Source: Ptychomitrium polyphyllum (lineage: Eukaryota). From it: a stretch of DNA of 64,000 nt. The stretch covers positions 3,596,001 to 3,660,000 of the forward strand of contig OZ316775.1 of assembly GCA_973851085.1 (NCBI GenBank), given 5' to 3'. A program made the translations under genes and the position numbers. The notes beneath the pieces are model-generated. The model was given only the letters and a program-made list of their open reading frames with translations, searched no databases and was not told the origin of the DNA. Below are positions 54,201 through 64,000 of the stretch, one piece after another; position 1 is the first letter of the stretch, and each line of letters opens with the position of its first letter.

Positions 54201-54670
54201 GTGATTTGTTTCAATCTCTGAGGTGATAACATTTGGCTTAGATCGGTTTGCAGCGCTTTGCATTTGATTTGGTTGCGCTCCTCGAACGTCAACCATCACT
54301 CGAACAAAGCCCAATCCCCGCTCCCCGCGCTGTTCCCTAATGTGCGAATGCTCCCAACGCTCCCAACGCCAGCGCGAACCTCGGCGAGCCGTGGATGTGA
54401 GGCTGCCATCGCTGGAGCGCGTCCGTGCGGAGGTGCGCTGCAGCGTCGCTGCAACTATGGATCGCAGCGCACATGCAGTCTCACATGCTCCTCGCAGATC
54501 TCGTAATCGCACCTAGCCATTGCAGGGAACCAAAAAATCTTCGACAATCCACCGTGAGATCTCGACGCCCACCTGTGGAGGTCGCCAGGCGCGAAGGCGG
54601 CAGTTTTGGAGCTGTGATCGAGGTTGTGTGTGGAGAGCACGAAGGGGGAGGGAGGGGTGGGAAGGGTGCG

Positions 54671-57600
54671 ATGGGGATGCTGGGGACGTTGATGCGGCAC
54701 CCGGACGAGATTCCGCCGCTAGTGAAGCTCAAGATTGCTGCAATGCAGGCGCAGCGGACCATTCCAGCAGACCCCAACTTGGCGTTCTGCTACCGGATGC
54801 TTACGCGCGTCTCGCGCAGCTTCTCCATCGTCATCCAGCAGCTGCGGCGGGAGCTTCGTGATGCGGTGGGTGACTCGGTTGAGCGCAACCGGAAGCGCTC
54901 GTCGTGCTTTTTCTGTCGTCATGGTTGAGCTGTAGTGTTTTAGGATTATTTTCTTCTGCTTTTTAAAGACTCGGGGACTGTATGTGGGGAGTGAAGTGTG
55001 TGAGTTTGGTTCGGGCGCTCGTCGCTTAGTCTTCTGCGGGTGGATTTCGAGTGATTGAGTATTCTTTGCCGAAAGTTCGGACGGAGCGTTCAGGATTGCA
55101 ATGCAGCCGTTGCGTGGAATTTTGGGGCCCTGGGTGTAGGAGGTTATCGCAGGTCGTAATGTGGGGGTTTTCTTTGAGGGTACTGTTGGTTGAGAAGGAG
55201 GAAGTCGGTATGAATGGTGTGTGTTCCAGATCGATTCAGGTTTTTGGTATGTGTGGTTACCAAACATGCCGATTTTCTCCGACTCTAGTCCGCTCTTGTG
55301 GATTCTTTTGGGTTGAGTTTTCTTTCTGCCTCTGAGGATTTTTTCTGTGACTGGAACGCAGAGTTGCGTGAATCGGGGCGTCCGCCGATTTAGGTCAAAT
55401 GCGTCATTTCAGAAGCGGGAATGAACACATCAGTGCCAGATTATTGGGGTTTAGGGTTTTCCTCTAGAAGTAATTCTGTGTATATGATGCTACAAGCAGG
55501 CCTTATGTTGCCCTGGGAAGCTAAAACCCAAAATGATTAGTAGTTCAAGCTAGGCTTTGCTGAAAAACGTGAGAGTTTTCTAGTTCCTAGTAATCAAAGC
55601 AGAGCGCTAGCAGTATTTTTAGAAGCAGGATCACCTAATTTGTCTTTATGTATGATGGTGCAGGTCTGTGTTTTCTACTTGGTGTTGCGAGGTCTCGACA
55701 CCATTGGTTAGAGCTTCCTGAACTATCAACTCACACATGCTCAAGAGAGCAGAAATTTCTGAAGTATTTAGCTCTCATTTTCTTGAGGTTTAAAATCCTA
55801 CATTGCAGGAATCATCGCTCACGAATTTAGATCCATGGCAATTTTTCCTTGCCAAAACGTTTTTGGTGAAGATTCTGATACTCTTAGTGTGATCCAGAAG
55901 CGTCCATTACGTTTATCAAGACTCAACCTGCTCTTACAATCTATGTTTTGTTCCCACGTCGTTGAGCTAGTTTCCATCGTTTTTCAAAGTCTAACTTCGT
56001 ATGAATTGTAAACTGTATTGACAGAGGATGACATGGCGATTCCAATCGAGATCAAGGTCCCCATCCTTAAGGCGTTTCACAAGCATATTTACGACCCCTC
56101 ATGGAAATTTGCTTGTAACTTTTCTATACACCATACGTTTAATTGAGAGAGGTCGTCAGTCTGCTGAGTACATGATTGTTTTGCTAATTCTGGGCGTTGG
56201 AAACTTGAATTTTTCGAAGCTCGTCCACTTCTTATTGTGTGAGTAAAATGAGCCTTGACCTCCCTAGTCTACCTGGACCTTGTATGGCGCAAATCTTATC
56301 TTTCCTAGCAGGAAATACTTTCTGGCCTTGCATTGTGTATACTATACATATTGCCTATTTTTTTGGTGACATGAACCTTGATGGTTATCAATGTGAGGAT
56401 GTCAGGTGGTGAGAAGGACTACAAAGAGCTGATGAACAAATTCGAGCTTGTGTCTAATGCCTTCTTGAATCTTGAGGAGGGGTATCTATCTTTGCCATCC
56501 CCTTTCCTTGGTTCTAGGATTAGGCCTATGTTTGAGCTTGTAAACAATCACATTATGTTTCTTCTGAGTTCTTAAAGCATTGTTTACGATTTACACCTTT
56601 GCAATGTGAATTGAAATGTTGACCATTTTAGTCGTAACGTTTAGTGATCAAAATCTATGGTTCTAAAGGGACTTGACTTTGATTAGGTTTGTAGCCGAAG
56701 CTATTTCAGTCGTTGAGCTGCTGGTATTGATGTGCAATGCATCTGCTTTAAGTATGAATGTGTTTTATGAAGTCTGACATTGTGGATCTTCTTTATGATG
56801 AAATAGATATCAGAGTGTGATTGCTGAAATAACTGACCGCATGGGAAACGGCATGGCCAAGTTTATCGAATCTGAGGTATGTGATTCAAGAGGAACCTGT
56901 GTAGTATGGTATTCTACGTTGCTATCAGGCTCTGTTAAATAAAAGCCCCCCCACCTACAATACGGGTTTCGTCCAGTTTTATTTTACTTATTTTCTCTAT
57001 AATCATGCGTTCAAAGCTAATTTAGGCCTTTCGATCTCATACAGGTAATTACAGTAGATGATTACGATGAGTATTGCCACTACGTTGCAGGCCTTGTGGG
57101 CTTGGGTTTGTCCCGCTTGTTTCATGCCTCTGGTCTTGAGGAATTCCAACCAGATGATCTCTCAAACTCTATGGGCCTCTTCCTTCAGGTTCTTACTGCA
57201 TTTAACTTCACTACATATAAAGTGCTCTGACTTCAGATTTTTTAAGTATTCTCTATTACCATCGCTGTGAGATCTGCATCGACAGTGCTTCTGTGCGTTA
57301 TTTCCATTGCATGTCAATTCGTGAAGCAATTCTCAGGTGACGTGTATATCTCTCTCTGGTGACCTCTTAAACGTTAACAATAGATCCTTTTTTTTTTTTC
57401 TGCTTCAGAAAACGAACATCATACGAGATTACCTTGAGGACATCAATGAGATTCCTGCACCACGTATGTTCTGGCCACACGAAATCTGGGGCAAATTTGG
57501 AACTAAGCTTGAGGTTAGAAATTATCCTTAGTGCTTTCCTTCGATCATTTGTGAATGAAAGTGATTTAATATATGTTGCTTATTTATGTGATGCAACTTG

Positions 57601-59097
57601 CCGTTTGAAGATCTAGACATGCGTCAATATGAACAAGCACTAAGAAGTTTGAGTCTGGCAACTGTCTTTTCTGATGATGCGGTGTCTGAAGCATACAGGA
57701 CTTCAAGCATGAGGATAACTCAGAAAATGCAGTGAGATGCCTGAATGCCATGATCACAGATGCTCTAAGACATGCCATAGACTGTCTAAGATACATGGAA
57801 GCCATTGAAGATCGAGACAATCTGCGATTTTGTGCCATTCCTCAGGTTTGATATCACCACTTAATGAAATGACAGGAAGGATGTTGGGCAAGGGCATAGG
57901 CGTGCAAGCTTGTGAGCTATTTACGAAAACACGGTAGTACGGAGGAAACCAGCGTGGGATCATTTTGCTAACTTTAACTGGACACAGTCGTCTGAGATAT
58001 GCGAAAGAGATGAAAATGAGGTATTCTAGGACCTGTGTTTTACACTTACCGAGTCAAAATTCGATACTGAACAGATTATGGCGATTGCAACACTTGCCGA
58101 GTGCTACAATAATATCAATGTCTTCCGAGGAGTTGTAAAGATTAGACGAGGTGAGCTGTTTTTTCCTTGTTTAGTGTAATTGAGTACTTGACTGAAGGAT
58201 GCACAATTCGTAAGCATGACTTGTGAACCGACTAACTTGATCATTTCCTCTGCAGGAATAACTGCCAAAATTATGCAGACTAGGTCAATGGACGATGTCT
58301 ATGGGACGTTCTTTGATTTCTCCAAAAAGATTGCTCTGAAGGTGTGGCGCAGCTTTTGTCTGCTTTATTTTTGTAGTGAAATCCTCTATGTCCATGTTCT
58401 ACAAATATTGAAAGGATGTCAGCATTTTGTTGGCCCTCAAGCAACCTTCTGATGCTTAGAGCTAACACGAGTTGTTGGCTCCTGTCGGTAAGCAGAAGAT
58501 TGAAGATTTACAGTACTTTATAATTTAACTCATCTTGCATTGAGGCTAACGGTGGTGTTGGGTTCCACAGATTGATGATAAGGATCCTTCAGCAAGAGTA
58601 ACACGTAAACACATCGAGAATATTATGGAGCACTGTGAACTTCAGTTTCCTGAACCGTATGTGTCTCTTTCGCGTTATCTCAATACCACAGAAGACAGTT
58701 TTCTTGAAGTACAATCTTCTCTTGGATGATCACTTAAAGATGATTTTATTAGGGCCTGCCATGTGATGTTTAGCAACAGCTTGTTGAATCAATCTGCCTT
58801 GGATTGTTTTTGCAGGCGAGCATACTCAATAGACCAAGAAACTGGAATGGACTTTTTATTGGTATGACTTTTCCATAATGGTTAGAACTTTGATATAAGT
58901 TTTTTGCACTATTTTTGGATGTATATTTTTTCTGTATATGAGCTTCTCAACATTGCTTTTTGTGTTCACATCGACAGTGAAAAGCTGCATGAAGTGATGA
59001 GTTTTGGACTAATGAATGTTATCTTGGTGGCTTGCAGGTTCTTGTGGTGCTCATGCTCTTGGGATTAATGATATACATGCTTTACAACAACTGGTAA
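54671..59097 (+). CDS. SQS: Squalene synthase (farnesyl-diphosphate farnesyltransferase), about 407 aa, 13 exons
   Basis: Exons 54671-54865, 55664-55706, 56025-56114, 56406-56481, 56807-56876, 57045-57188, 57409-57513, 57699-57845, 58075-58150, 58256-58341, 58571-58656, 58816-58861, 59038-59097. Motifs [66 protein letters not shown]-terminal TM anchor. Confidence 0.97.
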
Positions 59098-59399
59098 CGA
59101 TACCAGGTTTGGAATCAGAGTTCCTGAATAGTTAACCTCATTTTAACCACTTCATTTTACAACTTTGCAGGTTGTATGTTAATGGTGTTCAGAAGTTGAA
59201 GTCTGCACTAGTTTTATTCACTTTGTAGATGTGATCTAGTGTGAATCTGTTACTTGGGTGGAAACGGGAGGGTATTGGAGGCGAAGGGATTATGTAGCAA
59301 ATTAAATATTAAGATCAACCTCCAGTTATTTTAGCTTTTATTGTATTATATTTCGCATGTTAGGCACGTGTGTTACAAAATTTTATTAAAGTGCAGTAG

Positions 59400-61500
59400 T
59401 CGTTAACTCCAGTTTTTTCGATAATCCCCGGCATTATGCTTCTTCAACATCCTGCTCCGAGAAACAGCCATGTGATGCACACTTACAATTTCGGGTAATG
59501 TAGATAAAGTGCTAAATTGTACTATCTTCAGATGGAACTGCTCAACTAGGTACTGTACACTGAATTGTTGATTAGAATGCAAGATGTTACTAACTCGACT
59601 TCTCCTGATGGAAAAGAATGATGCAATTGTTGACTTGAAGAGCTTTGCACAATGCTGCCAGTCGCAATACATCTAGCATGATACTTACAGCTTGATCCAG
59701 TACTCTTCAGAATGATGACATAGCAGTAGTAACTCATACAGCTAAAAGGCCCGAGTAGATGCTTGCGGTAATGAGTGAATTCCTTCTTTTAGGAAAATCT
59801 GAACAAAGGAAAATGATGGAAAGCGAATGGAGGATTGCCTTCGACCTCTGAAGAGTTCTCAATCCAGAAGTTACTGAGAGCTTCACAATGTTGTGCCACT
59901 TGTCCAGCTCAAGAGTCCAGATAACCGAAGACTTGTGTTAGCTGCATGGAATTACCGAATCTCCGTGAGCCACAACTTCAATTGTGCACTATGAACATTT
60001 AATGCCCGACAGCTGACGTATACACTGGAAAGGTGACGAAATTGATCCGTAGCATTCTTCCATGGAAACCTGGCCTACCCTTCTGGTCAACTATAAGAAA
60101 TGGCAACTGAGCATACTTGGCAATGGCATGAGGCTTTCTAAATTTATGCAATAAGGTGGATAGGCTATGATGCCAGAATGCTTCTCTAGCATTCATTTTA
60201 GGCCAAAAATCCAAGGCCCTACATGACTTAACTTTGCAAAGAAATTTACAAAATTACTCAAAGAAATTTTAGGAATTAAACCTTTCACATGTGATGTGGT
60301 TTTTTTAAATTGAAGGCTCCTATGTGATCTGATTGGTTTTAAACTTTCGTCATTTGCAAACACGATTCAAGTATTTTGTAGACTACCAGCAGCTCAAGGG
60401 ATCTTCAATATTACTCCTTTTGGATATCTTGAAGCTTTCAACACAAATTATTTTTTCCATCTACTTTTGGATTTTGATATCGAAATTGAAAAAGTATTTA
60501 AAACATTTAACTTATAAATGTAATAGTATAACTTGCACCAAATTTAGGCTCATTGAATATTCAACACATTTAAAAAACGTTTATAGTGCAGATTGCGTTT
60601 CTTGTGATTTTCTGAATAACTGCTAAGTGGGGTCCTTTTCTATCCACATCACTGAATAGTAGAGTTGATCCACTTTCTCAAGCAAGCCCCAGGATTGGCC
60701 CAGACAGTTGAGTGTTCACAGATAGAGTTTTCTTTGCTTTGCTCTCCATACGAGGGCATATGGTTATTCGAGGGCTTGTGCTCAGAGCTCATCAGCGTAT
60801 GTGTAATTCAAATTTGAAGCTCCATTTTCCAATGCACGTCGAACCTTGAATCCAGATTTCCCCTTGAACATTTCTCTTCAATGATGCTCTTGTTTTTTGA
60901 AACAATCACCAGTTGATTGTCTCCACTGCTTGGCTAGCACATTCACATTGTCCCAAGGGTAGTGACACATTTCATTGGGCTTCTTTTGGGAGCTTTCCCA
61001 AAAACTGTCTGTAGTAATAGAATAATACAAACCAGGAGTAACAAATTGCACCTATGTATTCTAATCAATGGATCTCCCATGCTTGACTGTAACCAACCTC
61101 ACAAAACATTTTTTTATTTGTTGGAACAAGTAATGTGATTTTCTTTTTCAAAGGCCACTTTGCATAAGGTGATGTCATTTTTGGTACTAACAAGCAGAAG
61201 TAATTTTTATTATTAAAGAAACTTTGAACGGAGAATGTAATCTTAGGGTGACCCACGTATTCAAACTTATTTAGTACACTATACATGTTCTACAGTTCAA
61301 TAAATTTAACGATGTCCATTGGGTGTACTTAGCTCACAGCCACCCACTGGGTAAGCTAGTGGCACGTACAATTTGCTCAATCTGTCTCAATTTGAGAGAC
61401 CGCTCATTCTGCTTTTTCAGGATCATCATCAGGATTCCCTAGTCTGGAGGCAAAGTAAGGGCAAAAGATGGATACCAAAGTCCCTCCCGTTTCTATAAAT
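59400..61500 (-). pseudogene. Decayed multi-exon gene relic of unknown family
   Basis: Exon-like GC-balanced blocks, some with acceptor-like ends (tgtag near 60219, tacag near 61009). Frames are broken mainly by TGA/TAA/TAG stops of the kind C-to-T decay would give (e.g. ...KQEHH*REMFKGKSGFKVRRALE...). Boundaries approximate. Confidence 0.35.
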
Positions 61501-61822
61501 TTAAATAAAGTGCCTCAGTTTTAAAATGCTCTGTAAACATCATAAAAAATCTCATGTAAATCCATGACTGATTACATTATTGTGAATGCAGATTGTGAAA
61601 TAAATTATTTAGATACTGTACTTGCATTCAGTTGAGGGGCAGCAGTTCACAAACTAACCTAGATGACTACACGTTGAGTATGAGGAGGTCTTGGCACTCA
61701 AGTGCCACTTCTGTGAGCTGCTGCAATTTTATGGGCAGGTCCTATCATTGGCTCATGCTCTGTGAATGAAATTATAATTTTGTCACGTTCAGGGGCCCTA
61801 CAACTTTGTGTGGAAGTGCCAT

Positions 61823-62675
61823 GGTGCAAATTGTTGAAGACCAATTGTCAACATCAACTATTGCATAACTTCAACTCCTTTGTAACATAAAATACTCTCA
61901 TCCTTTAAATATTGTAATCAAGATTACACAGTCCACATCTATAATTCCATAACTCTTCATAAACTCCATAATACTACACAAATTTCACAACATTTCCTTC
62001 ATATAAGTCAAGGCTTTTATCAACATAGTCAATATAAGTATTGTTACCCACCTACAAGGTCTTATATCCAATATTATTGTGCTTCTTCTACATGTACTAC
62101 AAATTTCTTCCTATTCATACTATTGAACATCTTTTAACAAAAACTACCAGATGATTGTGTTAATCTATTAATTTAGACAATGGATTTAGAACTATAATTA
62201 TAGAATCTAAAACATAGTATTTAAATCCTCAATAAAAAGAATTGAAGGTGTGTTGTATCTTATATTATTAATCAAGTTGTATTTCCAGACTAGTGAAGTG
62301 TGTTTCTTCTATAGCTTAGTAAGTTATAATTCTTATGTATATCTCTAGTTTCTTGCATGAATTCTTTCATTTTTAACTCTTGTAAAATTATGAGCTACCA
62401 GTACTCTTTTATTTGATAATTGTTAATTATAAATTCTTTCAAATATTCTTTTACTATCAATCCTTATAGATTAGAAACTACCAAAAAATTTCTATTTGGT
62501 AGCTACCAACCATAATAAGTATCTTCAAAGCTACAATTATCTTTGAAGCTAAAGGTATCTTTGAAGCTACAAGTAAATCCAATTTAGTATTGTTTTATTA
62601 AATAAACTTTGTTAGCTCATCAATTCAAGTGGCTATAAGATAGTCCATCCGTTTAAGTCCTTTAAAAGCTAACAT
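61823..62675. mobile_element. Dispersed repeat copy B (3' non-coding/LTR part of the minus-strand Gypsy relic), interrupted by a solo LTR
   Basis: Homologous to 1853-2404; lacks about 190 bp present in copy A and carries a 476-bp insert. Confidence 0.75.
62042..62517. mobile_element. Nested solo LTR (476 bp) of a second family
   Basis: Termini TGTTA...TAATA (decayed TAACA); perfect 5-bp TSD AGTAT at 62037-62041 and 62518-62522. The empty site is visible in copy A (gatacaagtatcttcaaag, about 2286-2304). Confidence 0.85.
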
Positions 62676-62779
62676 TCCAATTCTACACGTCCTTCAAAAG
62701 TCAACAAACTCTTAAACTTAGTCTAAAGTCCGTCATTGGAATTTAAAGAATTAAAAAGATCATGCATAAGTATTCCATG

Positions 62780-63214
62780 ATCAACATACACCTTCTTTAA
62801 TTTTTTATGGTTTTTCATTTTTAAATAAAGAAATCCATCCAAATTTTGTAGTATTTAAGTACCATTGTCTTCAAATATCTTAATAATTTTATATGGACCA
62901 TATTGTTTTAGCAGAAGCTTCTTGTGAGTTCATTTGTAATGTCTTAAATTATAAAGAATCACAAAATCTTTTTATGAAAAATCCTAGCTTATTATTAGAT
63001 CCGCTTATTTTATGCCTTCTTCATTTTGGCTTGAAAGATTTCATTAGCTTGTGGTGCTTGATACTGCAATTCATCAAGCTTGTTTAGTTGAATTAAACGC
63101 TTCATTTCCGAATCATCAAAATCCATCCTCAATTGTATTGTTATGAGCAAAGTCATAACTTTGAACTCAATTGATAATACTTCTTCCAATCCATAAGTCA
63201 ATCTAAATGGTGAA
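62780..63214 (-). mobile_element. Gypsy-type integrase C-terminal relic (GPY/F module)
   Basis: SPFRLTYGLEEVLSIEF...RLIQLNKLDE...KKLLLKQYGPYKIIKIFEDNGT*ILQNLDG...KLKKVY, with stops. Confidence 0.8.
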
Positions 63215-63599
63215 TGTTATAAATGTAAATCATGCAACATAATCTTTAAAATCTCTTAAAACCTTTTGGTACATTGTAGTAGTTTTTTTAAACATTTTTA
63301 ATGTTTTCACAACTATTCCACCTCCTTTAAAAACTTCTTAGGAGGGTTTTATAAATTTCTAAAACACTCTTAAGCTTTATAAGAAGCTTCTTTAGAAGTA
63401 TCCTAGAAAGTACAAGCATCATAGTATAAATAAGACACAAGACAAGGTATACCTTAGTCTTGCCAATACAAGTTATGGATCATATTGTACTGTGCCTTTG
63501 TTCTAGTCTTTATATCAATTCTTGATCATCAATAGCTCTTTAGAAGCTAATTCTTAGAAACTACTTTGAATTTGCTTCTTATTTCTTATATCTCTGGTA
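63215..63599 (+). mobile_element. Decayed LTR, same family as 24545-25096
   Basis: Shares tagaagtatcctagaa, tataaata, caagacaaggtat.ccttagtcttgccaatacaagtt.tggatcat and tagctcttt.gaagctaattctt; fewer internal subrepeats. Right end placed by alignment; flanks do not match. Confidence 0.85.
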
Positions 63600-64000
63600 T
63601 ATCTTTAACTTCAATTATCCCTTTTGATGCTATAATATTCATATATGTATGCAAAGAACCTTCAATTTTTTTAACAACTAGATTTCTATCAATGGAGTGC
63701 ATTTCACTAAGGTTTATTTATCCCTTTCTTTTTGTATCTTTTTTATTTAAAGATGTTCCTCCATTTGCACCTTTGGAGTAATTACTTGAATAATGTCCAT
63801 ATTCCTTGCACTTGTAACATTGAGTATGCATTAAATCTTGAGGGTAGTTACAATTCTTCCTCTCTGGTTGAAGCAAATATACATTCAATTCATCTATATG
63901 TATCATAAGGATTTCCACGGCAAATTCAATCTTACTTGGCTTTTTTGGTTGCTTTGCCATTATTCTTCATATAGCAATCATTCTTGGAATTTACATAATT
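63600..64000 (-). mobile_element. Retrotransposon gag relic with degenerate zinc knuckle; continues beyond the window
   Basis: ORF 63718..63960 contains QCYKCKEYGHYSSNY, i.e. CX2CX4HX4C with the last Cys changed to Tyr. Confidence 0.75.

Noticed and set aside
54719..55267. 182-aa minus-strand ORF
   Set aside because: Antisense to SQS exon 1/intron 1; no domain.
63593..63605. tggtat after the second LTR as a tRNA-Met primer-binding site
   Set aside because: Aligns better as the decayed LTR terminus; the following sequence is opposite-strand gag, not this element's internal region.

Overview
Eukaryotic, intron-rich plant genomic DNA. Gene structure, the F-box types and the LTR style suggest a moss such as Physcomitrium; this is inference, not a database match. 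Gene islands alternate with very AT-rich decayed transposon tracts. Splice models I built by hand give five apparently intact genes: an uncharacterised multi-pass membrane protein (6134-9340, +), a membrane-anchored kelch-repeat protein (15231-17788, +), a full-size PDR/ABCG transporter (28338-37128, +, 22 exons), an F-box/kelch gene (38771-40785, -) and squalene synthase (54671-59097, +, 13 exons). A sixth gene, F-box-associated kelch-like (44377-47925, -), shows no F-box and needs a 10-nt microexon to stay in frame. Features not evident from the ORF track: a frameshifted S-protein-homologue (SPH) pseudogene, F-box-like and other gene relics, two solo LTRs with target-site duplications (TSDs), and a nested, internally deleted Gypsy relic at the right end. 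No rRNA, tRNA or CRISPR array was seen. I found no convincing new biological system. The best leads are the SPH relic and its neighbourhood, the microexon/F-box-less gene, and the nested LTR history.
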